Origin: Candidatus Pacearchaeota archaeon
Lineage (GTDB): Archaea > Nanobdellota > Nanobdellia > Pacearchaeales > GW2011-AR1
DNA length: 64,000 nt
Direction of reading: 5' to 3'
NCBI GenBank assembly: GCA_018303945.1
Contig: JAGVXD010000001.1
Span: forward strand, 2,877-66,876
Shown here: positions 1 through 9,854 of the stretch, in pieces
How positions within the stretch are numbered: the stretch's first letter is position 1
How the letters are laid out: every line of letters starts with the position of its first letter
Made by a program: the position numbers and the translations under genes
Notes under the pieces: generated by a model
The model's input: the letters and a program-made list of their open reading frames with translations, nothing else
Told to the model about the DNA's origin: nothing
Databases searched by the model: none

Positions 1-575
1 ATTCTAGCATTGTTCACGATTTCACCAAGAATGGCGTAATCTAACTTGTCTAATTGATTATTAACTAACTCTCCAGCAAACATAGTTGGTTCAGATATGC
101 GATTTGTAAAGTACATCTTAGGATATTGCTTAACATCAATAAGAATTTGACCTTCTTCTTGTACAATTATTTTATTGAATTCTGAAATAAGTTCATTCTT
201 CAGTTCAAAAAATTCATAATCATTCTTAGCAAATATTCCAAAAATAAGCTCCCAATTTCCTGAACATTCACCCATCCAATATACTTTTCCTGAAGATTTG
301 AGATATTTGAACAACCTATCCTTTTCTTCAGGAATGTTTCTTAATTTTAAATAAATTTTATATATTTTATGACCCATTTTGTGAGGATTTATTGCTGTTT
401 GAAAACTAGTAATTATTCCTTCTTTTACTAGATTGTTTATTCTATAGTCCACTGATTGTCTCGATTTTCTTACTTTTCTTGCTAATATTGTAGATGCAAT
501 TCTGCAATTTTTATCTAACTCAGATAAGATAGTTAGATCTGCTTTATCAAGCTTAATTCTATTAATCTCTACCAT
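1..575 (-). CDS. Lrp/AsnC-family transcriptional regulator with tandem wHTH (runs off the window)
   Basis: Not in the ORF track. Manual translation from ATG at 575 gives MVEINRIKLDKADLTILSELDKNCRIASTILARKVRKSRQSVDYRINNLVKEGII. A second LDKLDYAILGEIVNNAR repeat begins at the window edge. Confidence 0.85.
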   Translation of the reverse strand, partial: MVEINRIKLDKADLTILSELDKNCRIASTILARKVRKSRQSVDYRINNLVKEGIITSFQTAINPHKMGHKIYKIYLKLRNIPEEKDRLFKYLKSSGKVYWMGECSGNWELIFGIFAKNDYEFFELKNELISEFNKIIVQEEGQILIDVKQYPKMYFTNRISEPTMFAGELVNNQLDKLDYAILGEIVNNAR

Positions 576-689
576 ATTTAGCATAAAATATACTATGCTT
601 ATAAATATTGTCATTTATGCTCAAAAATTGATAAATACTTTATTATATACAATTTACCATTATATAGTAAGAATAAAAGGAAAAACAAG

Positions 690-2030
690 ATGACAACAAA
701 AACAAAACAAGAAGTTGAAGAAATCATAAGGAAATATGAATCTATGATTCCTGCAATATATGAAGCAGGAGCATTTCCTGAAGATTTTAAGCTTCAACCA
801 AGTGACTGGGCATTAAAAGAAGAAGTTGTACAAAGACCAGCTTTAGAAACGCTAGTTGGAGGAAAGCAAACTTCAATCAGACCTATCTCAACTATGGACT
901 TAGAATTCTTATCAAACTCTACAGTCCAAAAAGCAAAGAATGGAGAAGTAAATCTTGTAAATAATTATCCTTGTGGACTTAAGTGTCCAGGATGTTTCTC
1001 TCAAGAAGGAGTATATGGAGATAAATCAAATTTGATGACATGGCAAGAAGTTATGGGAGTAGTTGATGATGCAAGAACAATCGGGTTGCAAGGTACTAAA
1101 TTCTTAGGTCCTGGAGAATTATTTCAGAATCCTGACCTTTTTGATATTCTTGATGCATTTGAAGAGAGAGGGTTACCGATAAGTATCTTTACCAAAGGAG
1201 CTGAATTAGGTAATGATGAATTGGCAATAAGGAATTATGGTCATCTTGGAGTAAAATCTGCTAAAGAGCTAGTAGAAAAAGTATCTCAATACGATTGTGT
1301 AAGAATATTGCTTGGCTTCAATTCATTATTCTCAGATAGGCAGGATAAAATGGTTGGTTCATCCACAATGACAAGAGACTATCAGGTTAATAATGGTACT
1401 TTCACAAACAGAGGAGTCTCAAATTACACTGAAAAAAGAAATCTAGCACTAGTTAATTTAGTTGAAGCTGGTTTCAACGATCCAAGTAAAGGACAGAGAT
1501 TATCATTAATAGCAGCACCAGTTGGTCTTGAGCAGATTGACGAGATTCCAACAATGTACTTATGGGCTGCAAAAAGAAATATTCCTTTGGTGATAGCTCC
1601 AACCATGGAGTCTGGACCAAAATCTATTGGATTAAGTGCTCAAAATAAAAGAATTGACCCTAATCATGAAATGCTAGTTCAGTTGATGACTGAAGTTTAT
1701 GATACAGCCATACAAAATGGAGTTATGAGCTTAGAACAGATGAGAAGAGAAGAGGTTTCAGCTTACATGGGAACATCCCCATGCAATCAAGTTGCAAACG
1801 GATTATTCTTAAGGCTAAATGGAAGAATTCAGATGTGCCCTGGAAGAAGCGATTCAACAGCAATATATGGGAATACTCATGAAACACCATTAGCAGAAAT
1901 ATGGGAAAATAGTCCAAATTACAGATTAGGAGCTAGAACAAATAACTGGTGCACGGCAAAGACAGAAGGAATGCCTAAGAATGTTCAAAGAGAGGTACTC
2001 AAGATACTTGAGGAAAAATATGGAAAGTAA
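690..2030 (+). CDS. Radical SAM protein with C-terminal SPASM/twitch-like domain
   Basis: CGLKCPGC (CxxxCxxC) and GPGELF motifs; C-terminal C-x-GxIQMCP...YGN...LAEIW...C pattern. Confidence 0.85.
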   Translation: MTTKTKQEVEEIIRKYESMIPAIYEAGAFPEDFKLQPSDWALKEEVVQRPALETLVGGKQTSIRPISTMDLEFLSNSTVQKAKNGEVNLVNNYPCGLKCPGCFSQEGVYGDKSNLMTWQEVMGVVDDARTIGLQGTKFLGPGELFQNPDLFDILDAFEERGLPISIFTKGAELGNDELAIRNYGHLGVKSAKELVEKVSQYDCVRILLGFNSLFSDRQDKMVGSSTMTRDYQVNNGTFTNRGVSNYTEKRNLALVNLVEAGFNDPSKGQRLSLIAAPVGLEQIDEIPTMYLWAAKRNIPLVIAPTMESGPKSIGLSAQNKRIDPNHEMLVQLMTEVYDTAIQNGVMSLEQMRREEVSAYMGTSPCNQVANGLFLRLNGRIQMCPGRSDSTAIYGNTHETPLAEIWENSPNYRLGARTNNWCTAKTEGMPKNVQREVLKILEEKYGK

Positions 2031-2457
2031 ACAATCTCTTGAAATTCTCATTGGTGACGATATGTTTTTGATGCCTGTTGATGCAATGATGGCACAAAAT
2101 CAATACTTAGAACCATTAAAAGAAAGAATTCCAGGATATGATGTTCGATTGTCATATGCTTCAACTCCAGAGGAAATGTTGACTGAAGCTTCAAGAGGAA
2201 CATATGATGTAATTATATCTGACTTAGATTATGGCACAACTGGAAGAATGGGAACTGAAGGGTTTGATGTGTGTAATGGAGTCAATAAAATGAATCTCTC
2301 AAAGAAGCCTTTCCTTGTCTTGTGTACATCAAGAGATGATGTTCAGAAGCAAATTAAGAAACTTCTTTATGAAGGTAAAATAGGTGCAGTAGTAACTCCT
2401 AAAAGTAAACATAAGTTTAATGCTTTAGCAGAATTTCTTGAAGAAAAGTATATTTAA
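2020..2457 (+). CDS. Stand-alone CheY-like response-regulator receiver domain
   Basis: ILIGDD, YDVIISDL (phosphoacceptor Asp), GFDV, LCTS and a C-terminal Lys. The likely start MESKQ at 2020 overlaps the radical SAM stop. Confidence 0.7.
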   Translation: MESKQSLEILIGDDMFLMPVDAMMAQNQYLEPLKERIPGYDVRLSYASTPEEMLTEASRGTYDVIISDLDYGTTGRMGTEGFDVCNGVNKMNLSKKPFLVLCTSRDDVQKQIKKLLYEGKIGAVVTPKSKHKFNALAEFLEEKYI

Positions 2458-2610
2458 ATATAATATCTTTATAATTATATTATGGGTTGTTCAAATTGTT
2501 TTTCTAATAGAAATTTTTGTTCTACCCATAAGTGAATCTGTTTTAGTTCCTTTACAGTTGTATGTGTTGTTAAGGGCAAATTTTAAATAAGTGATTATTT
2601 TAGGATTAAC

Positions 2611-3678
2611 ATGAAAAAAGAGCTAAACGTCGTTGACTTATTTTGTGGTGCTGGAGGGTTGAGTTTTGGATTTGCAAAGGCAGGTTTTAACATAATTTTG
2701 GGAGTTGATAATGATAAAGATTCTAAAGAGACTTTCTTAAAAAATCATCCAGACTCTCAATACTTACTAAAAGATATTCGGTCAGTCTCAAAAGATGAAA
2801 TTTTAAGCTTAATTGGTGATAAAAAAATTGACCTTTTGATTGGTGGACCACCTTGTCAAGGATTCAGTGTATCTGGAAAAAGAGTTTACATGGATTCAAG
2901 AAATTCTCTCTATCTTGAGTTTTTCAGAATTTTAGATATTTTAAAACCAAACCACGCTCTTATTGAAAATGTGCCAGGTCTAAAAGGTCTTTTTGAAGGA
3001 AGGGCTTTAAAAAGTATTCTTGAAGAATTTTCAAAGAGAGGTTACAAAACAAACCATTCTATTTTAAAAGCAGATGAATATGGAGTCCCTCAAGTTAGAA
3101 AAAGAATAATCATAGTAGCCTCAAAAAAAGGAGAATTTGAATTTCCATTGCCATTAAGTACACAGGTCACTTTGGGTGATGCTATAAACGACCTACCTAT
3201 TTTAGAAGACTCAATTGAAGAAGACCAGTATATTTCTAAACCTAAAAATGAATATCAAAATTTGATGCGAATTAATTCCAATAAAATTCACAATCATATC
3301 GCAAGTAATCATTCAGACAGAACTAAGTCAATAATAGGTCTTGTTCCAGAAGGTGGAAATTACAAAAATCTTCCAAAAGAGCTTAGAAATACAAGAAAAG
3401 TTCATATTGCCTGGACAAGATTGAATAGTTCAAAGCCATCTCTTACCATAGATACAGGTCATAGACATCATTTTCACCCTTGGGCAAATAGAATCCCAAC
3501 TGTAAGAGAATCTGCAAGAATACAATCGTTTCCCGATAACTTTATATTTTATGGTAGCAAGACCTCTCAGTATAGGCAGGTTGGGAATGCAGTTCCCCCA
3601 TTACTTGCGGAGGCTATTGCACAACAACTAAAAAAGTGGATAAACGATGAAAACAAAAAAGATATACAAAACGCCTGA
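2611..3678 (+). CDS. DNA (cytosine-5)-methyltransferase (M1)
   Basis: DLFCGAGG, GGPPCQGFS, ENV, QxRxR and YRQVGNAV motifs. Confidence 0.97.
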   Translation: MKKELNVVDLFCGAGGLSFGFAKAGFNIILGVDNDKDSKETFLKNHPDSQYLLKDIRSVSKDEILSLIGDKKIDLLIGGPPCQGFSVSGKRVYMDSRNSLYLEFFRILDILKPNHALIENVPGLKGLFEGRALKSILEEFSKRGYKTNHSILKADEYGVPQVRKRIIIVASKKGEFEFPLPLSTQVTLGDAINDLPILEDSIEEDQYISKPKNEYQNLMRINSNKIHNHIASNHSDRTKSIIGLVPEGGNYKNLPKELRNTRKVHIAWTRLNSSKPSLTIDTGHRHHFHPWANRIPTVRESARIQSFPDNFIFYGSKTSQYRQVGNAVPPLLAEAIAQQLKKWINDENKKDIQNA

Positions 3679-5080
3679 TAATTATTATTTCAGATTGCAT
3701 CATATCAGACCTAGATTTAAGAATGATATAGAAAGAATATTACTTATGGTAAGTTCTGCTGTTGCTGAAATGCCCATACAACAAAAAGAACAATTTGATA
3801 AATCACTTAATAAGATAATCAAAGGATTTCCAGGAAATGTTGTAAGAACGGATAAGACTATAAACAATTGGAGGACTGAGATTTCTGCATTATTTAGCCT
3901 TATTTTATATAACTTAGATAATGAAACAGAAGGTCCGAGCGAGATTGCAAAAAGAATGGCAAAAAATCAAGATTTAGTTGAATTTTTTAAGTTATTTTGT
4001 TATTCGTTTCAATATCCTGGAGGACACTTGAAATCTCAAGAAACTAAAAAACTTATTGAGCGAGGAATAAAGTTTAAACCTGCCCATTATATCTTAAAAC
4101 TTCTCTATCAAGCTAACAAGGGAGTAGAAACGCCATTTGGAATTAACAAAGCTGAAGTAACACACTGTATTTTTAATGATACTAGAGTTACTGTAGAGAA
4201 TAAAGACGTAAAAGAAACAATTGATTTAATTAAATCAAACCGAGAACAAGGCTTTGACTATGATTGGAAAGGTGATGTAATACGTTATGCAGGTGATATT
4301 ATGGATTATTTATACTATGCAAATCTCTTAAAAAAGCATGGAGCAAATTATTATTTAAATCCTGTTGAAATGGGAGCAATAATCACATTTGTGGAAAAAG
4401 ACCCGTGGTTCAATTTATACGACAAATTTTATGGAAAAAGTGTTACAAATGAAGAATTGAGAGAAGCTCAAAACAAATGGTTTTACTACGTTTCAAATTT
4501 ATCTGTAAAAGCAAACTTTGAAACAGATGTACTTGCATTCATGGGAATAGATAAAAACAATTATCTGGAAATAGAAAAGAAAGCCACAGCTATTGCAATT
4601 ACTGAATTTAAGAATAAAATAACCGATAAGATACTTAAAACCAAAGAAATAGGAGATGCAGGGGAAAATCTTGCGATAGGTCATGAATGTATGAGGCTAA
4701 AAAACGGTGGTAGAGAAGACCTTATAGGTAAGGTAGTATATCTTCCTAATTATTTGAAGATGGGATATGATATAAGGTCATTTGAATTGGATTCCGACTT
4801 GCGACTTATTGAAGTAAAAACCACTATCAGCAATACAGATATAGATTTTAAATCATTCCATATGACTGAAAACGAATGGAATATTGCGTCAAGTATGGGA
4901 GAAAAGTATTATGTTTATAGAATGGTAATAAGCAGGTCATCTGTAAAACTATTTATAATAAGGAATCCTGTTAATAAGTATAAGAGTGGCATCCTAGACG
5001 TTACTCTTTCAAATGGAGCTCAGGTGAACTTTGATAAAAGGGCAGGTAAATACGAAAAAATTTTAATATGGCAAAAATAA
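3647..5080 (+). CDS. Restriction endonuclease with C-terminal DUF3883/NOV-like PD-(D/E)XK domain
   Basis: GDAGE...GYDIRSF...IEVKTT...FHMTENEW; overlaps both flanking C5 MTase genes. Confidence 0.8.
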   Translation: MKTKKIYKTPDNYYFRLHHIRPRFKNDIERILLMVSSAVAEMPIQQKEQFDKSLNKIIKGFPGNVVRTDKTINNWRTEISALFSLILYNLDNETEGPSEIAKRMAKNQDLVEFFKLFCYSFQYPGGHLKSQETKKLIERGIKFKPAHYILKLLYQANKGVETPFGINKAEVTHCIFNDTRVTVENKDVKETIDLIKSNREQGFDYDWKGDVIRYAGDIMDYLYYANLLKKHGANYYLNPVEMGAIITFVEKDPWFNLYDKFYGKSVTNEELREAQNKWFYYVSNLSVKANFETDVLAFMGIDKNNYLEIEKKATAIAITEFKNKITDKILKTKEIGDAGENLAIGHECMRLKNGGREDLIGKVVYLPNYLKMGYDIRSFELDSDLRLIEVKTTISNTDIDFKSFHMTENEWNIASSMGEKYYVYRMVISRSSVKLFIIRNPVNKYKSGILDVTLSNGAQVNFDKRAGKYEKILIWQK

Positions 5081-6117
5081 AAATAGCATCGTTATTCTGT
5101 GGATGCGGTGGAACCGAGTTAGGGATAATCGGAGGTTTCAATTTTTTAGGTAAGAAATATTTTAGACACAACACCGAAATCGTATTCGCAAATGATATAG
5201 AAAAGAGTGCTTGTGAAATATACAATGCTAATTTTGAACATGAAAGTGTATGTGCAGATATAAAGAAGATATCTTCTATTGACATACCAGACCATGATGT
5301 TCTTATAGGAGGATTTCCGTGTCAATCTTTTTCAATAGTTGCTCAAAATCCACCAAGACTTGGATTCAAATCTGAAAATGGCAGACTTTTTCTAGAGATG
5401 GTTCGTATTCTTAAAGACAAAAGACCCAAAGCATTTATTGCTGAAAACGTAAGAGGGCTTATTTCAGCAAATAACGGCAAGGCTTTTCCTCTAATTTTAA
5501 AAGAATTTGAAAAGGCAGGTTACAGAGTAGACTATAAACTCGTAGATGCGTCAGGGTTTGGTGTGCCTCAGCGTAGACAGAGAGTTGTAATAATAGGTTA
5601 TAGAAATGACCTAAATATCAGCCCTTCCTTTCCTGAGCCATCAAATAATAATCCTGTTCCTCTAAAGAAAGTAATCTTTGACCATAAAGATGTTGATGAA
5701 AGATATTATTTTAGTGAAAGAGCAATTGAGGGATTACAAAAATCCAATAAATCAATGAACAAAGGTAGATCACAGAATATTGAAGAGCCTTGTGCTACAG
5801 TTACTTCACACCTTGCCAAAGTTAGTTTAAACAGCACAGACCCTGTATTAAAAATAGGTGAAAAATACAGAAGATTTACCCCTAGAGAAGTAGCAAGAAT
5901 ACAATCTTTTCCTGAGTCTTTCAAACTGATAGGGAGCGATTTTCAAAAGTATAAGGCATTAGGAAACGCAATACCTCCTGTATTGTTCTGGCATATAATG
6001 AAAGAAGTAAGTGAAAAGTTATTAGAATTAAAAGAGAGTAATTTAGTAGCTCCTAATATGACTGAACTTTTAACAATAATTACCGCGGACAAAAGTACCC
6101 CTTTATTAAATTGTTAA
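5068..6117 (+). CDS. DNA (cytosine-5)-methyltransferase (M2)
   Basis: SLFCGCGG, GGFPCQSFS, ENV, QRRQR and YKALGNAI motifs. Confidence 0.97.
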   Translation: MAKIKIASLFCGCGGTELGIIGGFNFLGKKYFRHNTEIVFANDIEKSACEIYNANFEHESVCADIKKISSIDIPDHDVLIGGFPCQSFSIVAQNPPRLGFKSENGRLFLEMVRILKDKRPKAFIAENVRGLISANNGKAFPLILKEFEKAGYRVDYKLVDASGFGVPQRRQRVVIIGYRNDLNISPSFPEPSNNNPVPLKKVIFDHKDVDERYYFSERAIEGLQKSNKSMNKGRSQNIEEPCATVTSHLAKVSLNSTDPVLKIGEKYRRFTPREVARIQSFPESFKLIGSDFQKYKALGNAIPPVLFWHIMKEVSEKLLELKESNLVAPNMTELLTIITADKSTPLLNC

Positions 6118-6129
6118 AGAGAAGATGAA

Positions 6130-6786
6130 ATGACAGCATTTAAACTATCACCATCAACACTAAACCTATTAAAAGAATGTCCAAGATGCTTCTGGCTGTC
6201 TGAACATGAGGTGTGGAGTAGACCAAATGGTATTTTTCCTTCATTGCCTTCAGGAATGGATGGGATTTTAAAAAAACATTTTGATAAGTTTATGGAAAAA
6301 GGTAAACTTCCTCCAGAATTATGTAGTAAATCTGAATGTGAAAATCTTAAACTATTTGATAATAAGGATTTATTGAAAGAATGGAGAAACTCACGAAAAG
6401 GTTTATGGTTTGAAGATAAAGAAGGAAATATACTTCATGGAGGGATAGATAACTTGATGGTAAATAAAGTAAATAATAAACTAATTGTTTTAGATTACAA
6501 AACAAGAGGTTTCCCATTAAAAGATGATACTCATGAACACTATCAAGACCAACTTAATATCTATGCTTGGTTACTTGAGAAATTAGGACACAAAGTAGAA
6601 GACCATGCTTATTTGTTATTCTATCATCCAAAAGAAGTTTTAGAAACTGGAGAGGTTGTTTTTAATACGGATTTGAAAAAGATGAAAATTACACCAGAAC
6701 ATGCAGAGAAACTATTCAACAAAGCAATAAAGATGTTAGGTGAAGACTGTCCTAAACAAACATGTGTATGGTGTGAAAAAGTATAG
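6130..6786 (+). CDS. Cas4/AddB-like PD-(D/E)XK nuclease with probable Fe-S ligands
   Basis: LSPS...CPRC at the N-terminus; GGID, LDYKT and QLNIY motifs; C-terminal C-x4-CxxC. Confidence 0.85.
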   Translation: MTAFKLSPSTLNLLKECPRCFWLSEHEVWSRPNGIFPSLPSGMDGILKKHFDKFMEKGKLPPELCSKSECENLKLFDNKDLLKEWRNSRKGLWFEDKEGNILHGGIDNLMVNKVNNKLIVLDYKTRGFPLKDDTHEHYQDQLNIYAWLLEKLGHKVEDHAYLLFYHPKEVLETGEVVFNTDLKKMKITPEHAEKLFNKAIKMLGEDCPKQTCVWCEKV

Positions 6787-6826
6787 ATAGTAAATTCTTT
6801 ATAGTGGCTTTTAGTCAATTTTTAGT

Positions 6827-8212
6827 ATGGCTATAACAAACTATGAGGGAGAAAGAGAGGCAACAGTTCATGATTCTAGTAGCTACGGCAAGAAAATAAT
6901 TGAATTTATGGAGTTGAGAGATTATTCTTTAGTAAAAGACTCTGATACAGATGGTATCTTTCAAGATAAGGTCTTTAGAAGACCAAATTTTGATGGTGAA
7001 AAAGAGACTTATGTTGAAATAAAATATACGAATTTAAGTTTATCTGATAAAGACTTCTTGGCAGGGTTTGGGAAATACTTTATTATGTATATGGAAAGCT
7101 CAACCAAATTTTATTTTAAGTTATTTGCTAGAAATCTTAAAAACTTTACAAAATGGAAATCGATATTTGATGATGTTTCCAATAAATATGATGAAGTTAA
7201 AAAGTTTAGAACAAGTATCAAAGAATCTTTATCTGAAGATTTGAAAAATAAGTTTAATTCTTTTGAAATGAGAGATTTCAAAGCGTTTGTGGGACAAATT
7301 GAAATAATAAAGATAGGGTATGAGAAATTAATCCAAAAGATTACAGACTTAAAAGAAAATAAAAAATTTAACAAAAACGAGAATTATCTAACAGAAAAAC
7401 AAAAATTAGTCTATCAAAAAGAGAAAATATTTAGCAATCTTGTTAAAGTTGGGACTTTACCAAAGATATATGTTTATAATCTAAGTCAAGGTCTTGAGCC
7501 AACATTCTGGAATTCTAAAGATATCAATAAGTTTATTACATATAAAGAAAAAGCTATATCAATAAATCCCTTACCAAACGATATAATTAAGAAGTATTGT
7601 CTAGGAAATACACCAGAATATAAAGATATAGACAATATGGGTCTAGATGATGAAGAAAGACTAAATTTGAGAAAAAGGGTTACAGAACTATTTATAATTT
7701 CTAAGGGAGAAAACACTAATTATACTTTTAATAGAAACTTCAATTGTCTTTACGTAATATATGAAAAAGTCACCAGTTCTCCCTTAAAAATGAAGGGTAA
7801 AGAAGGACATAAGAGGAGAATGGTAGCTAGACCATATTTTAAAGATAAGAAACTAAATTTTGTTACTCATAGAGCTTTAAAGTTTAGAGTTACTGATTTT
7901 GATGGAGAGTTATTTATAATTTTTAACTTCTTTAGACTTTTTACAAAAGATGGTAGAGAAATTATAGAAGGTGAAAGTGCAAAAAGATTAAATTATGGTT
8001 TTAGACCAACTAATAGTTCAAATCTACAAGAGCATAGTGTCTTGGACTTTCTTATTACACTTTTAGATTTGAAAACAAAAACTCTAAATCATCAGAATTT
8101 CATAGCAACTAAATCCTTAGAGTTAGAATCTCCTTGTAAGGCATCTGAAATAGAATTATTTGATGAATCACCAAACTATGAACTAATGGATGAATCGGAG
8201 GATGAAGAATGA
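6827..8212 (+). CDS. Short-pAgo partner: N-terminal REase-fold nuclease fused to an APAZ domain
   Basis: D47...E64-x-K66 candidate active site. APAZ-like EKIFSNL..V..LPKIY and HRALKF...FTKDG segments. ATGA overlap with the pAgo gene. Confidence 0.75.
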   Translation: MAITNYEGEREATVHDSSSYGKKIIEFMELRDYSLVKDSDTDGIFQDKVFRRPNFDGEKETYVEIKYTNLSLSDKDFLAGFGKYFIMYMESSTKFYFKLFARNLKNFTKWKSIFDDVSNKYDEVKKFRTSIKESLSEDLKNKFNSFEMRDFKAFVGQIEIIKIGYEKLIQKITDLKENKKFNKNENYLTEKQKLVYQKEKIFSNLVKVGTLPKIYVYNLSQGLEPTFWNSKDINKFITYKEKAISINPLPNDIIKKYCLGNTPEYKDIDNMGLDDEERLNLRKRVTELFIISKGENTNYTFNRNFNCLYVIYEKVTSSPLKMKGKEGHKRRMVARPYFKDKKLNFVTHRALKFRVTDFDGELFIIFNFFRLFTKDGREIIEGESAKRLNYGFRPTNSSNLQEHSVLDFLITLLDLKTKTLNHQNFIATKSLELESPCKASEIELFDESPNYELMDESEDEE

Positions 8213-9618
8213 GTAAAGATTTTGAAGTTATTTATATCCCCGAACCACAACTTCTTTTTAATAAAAACAAACAGGCATATAATCCTTGTGTAGGCTTAAT
8301 AAAACATGGTCCTAGATTTTCTGGAAACAAAGAAGTAGATTACAAGGAGTTTAGAATAGGTATTATTGGTTCTGATAAAAGTATTTCTCAGGCTAAGGAT
8401 TTATTTGAACAGTTTCAATTTAAGATATCTCCTAAAAAAGAGGTAAAACCATGGAGAATTCCATTCCCTGGACTAAATAAAGAATCTCCATTAAATTTCT
8501 CTTTTGTCTTTAACCCAGAATGGGAGGGAGAGATAACTTCTAATGAAATGGTTTATTTAAAAGATAAAAGTAAGGGGAAAGAAAGAAATGAGGAGCTACT
8601 TAGTATAATTAAGGATAGAATGAAAAAAATATATCATAGCGAAAGCCCACCAGACATGATTTTAATAAGTATCCCCGAAGAATTATTTACTATTTTTAGT
8701 ACTTCTGGGTCAGATAAACCAAATATTAAATTAGATGATGATGATTTTCATAACCGAATTAAAATTCTAGCTATGGAATTAAAAATGCCAACACAACTAA
8801 TAAGACCTGAAACACTAAAACAAGATAAGACACAAGAACTTTTCTTGATTGCTTGGAATTTGGTAGTTGGAATCTTATATAAATGTCAAAGAGGACATCC
8901 TTGGAAATTAACTTATTTAGAAGAAGATACTTGTTACGTAGGAATATCATTTTTTAGAGAAAAGACAAAGAAAACAATAAGAGCTAGCCTTGCACAAATA
9001 TTCTTAGATACTGGTGAGAGTTTTGTTCTTAGAGGAGATTCATTTAAGTGGGTTAATAAAAAAAATCCAAACAGCCCACATTTATCAAAGGAGAGTTCAA
9101 AAGATATAATTGAATTGGTATTAAAACACTACAAAAGTGTTAGAAAAGGCAAGAATCCAACCAGGTTAGTTATCCATAAAAGCTCAGGATATTGGGAAGA
9201 AGAATTGGAAGGTTTTATTGAAGCATCTAAAGAAATTAAAAAGAGAGATTTTGTTACAATTTTAGATTCCGATGTGAAATTTTTTACTTCTAACAAATAC
9301 CCCGTTTTAAGAGGGACTTTGATAACAAACAAAGATACTAATTTTCTTTATACAACTGGCTTTGTTCCTACACTAGGAACTTATCCAGGGATAACTACTC
9401 CAAGACCTCTATCGATTAAATCTTATAACTTAGACTCGGATATAAAGAAGGTTTGTGAGGAGATATTATCTTTTACCAAATTAGATTGGAATAACACCTT
9501 TGTTTATAGTAAATTCCCTGTAACAATATCTGTTTCAAGAAAAGTAGGGAATATTATGGCTGAGACTGTAGCTCAAAATATTGAAGAATTAGACCCCCAT
9601 TATTTCTATTATATGTAG
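8209..9618 (+). CDS. ago: Short prokaryotic Argonaute (MID-PIWI, catalytically inactive)
   Basis: IPEPQLLF...GLIKHGP start; MID FHNRIK...PTQLI; PIWI CYVGISFF, RLVIHK, PVLRGT, TKLDWN, PVTI; C-terminal YFYYM. No N or PAZ domain and no DEDX tetrad. Confidence 0.93.
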   Translation: MSKDFEVIYIPEPQLLFNKNKQAYNPCVGLIKHGPRFSGNKEVDYKEFRIGIIGSDKSISQAKDLFEQFQFKISPKKEVKPWRIPFPGLNKESPLNFSFVFNPEWEGEITSNEMVYLKDKSKGKERNEELLSIIKDRMKKIYHSESPPDMILISIPEELFTIFSTSGSDKPNIKLDDDDFHNRIKILAMELKMPTQLIRPETLKQDKTQELFLIAWNLVVGILYKCQRGHPWKLTYLEEDTCYVGISFFREKTKKTIRASLAQIFLDTGESFVLRGDSFKWVNKKNPNSPHLSKESSKDIIELVLKHYKSVRKGKNPTRLVIHKSSGYWEEELEGFIEASKEIKKRDFVTILDSDVKFFTSNKYPVLRGTLITNKDTNFLYTTGFVPTLGTYPGITTPRPLSIKSYNLDSDIKKVCEEILSFTKLDWNNTFVYSKFPVTISVSRKVGNIMAETVAQNIEELDPHYFYYM

Positions 9619-9694
9619 TTAGAATAACTTCCAAACTAGGCTATAAACCATGTGTAAAACACCTGAGAGCCCAGCTACAATCAAAGAACTACAT

Positions 9695-9853
9695 TCAAAT
9701 GTATAATTTTGGGACGACTGTAAGAACTTCAATCTTAACTTCAACAATTGTTCCAGGCTTTAAACTATCTTCAATTAGACGAGGAATTACGATTATAGCT
9801 TGGTTTCCGTGTTTTGCGATTCGTTTAGTTATCGTAAAGCATTTTTTCTCCAT
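9695..9853 (-). CDS. Small AbrB-like (swapped-hairpin) protein, 52 aa
   Basis: Below the ORF-track cutoff: MEKKCFTITKRIAKHGNQAIIVIPRLIEDSLKPGTIVEVKIEVL. Starts 1 nt after the methyltransferase stop. Confidence 0.65.
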   Translation of the reverse strand: MEKKCFTITKRIAKHGNQAIIVIPRLIEDSLKPGTIVEVKIEVLTVVPKLYI

Positions 9854-9854
9854 T

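Noticed and set aside
6130-6786. CRISPR-Cas locus suggested by the Cas4-like gene
   Set aside because: No cas1/cas2 and no regularly spaced repeat array were seen anywhere in the window.
8209-9618. Catalytically active long pAgo
   Set aside because: The protein is too short, has no N or PAZ domain, and lacks the catalytic aspartates.
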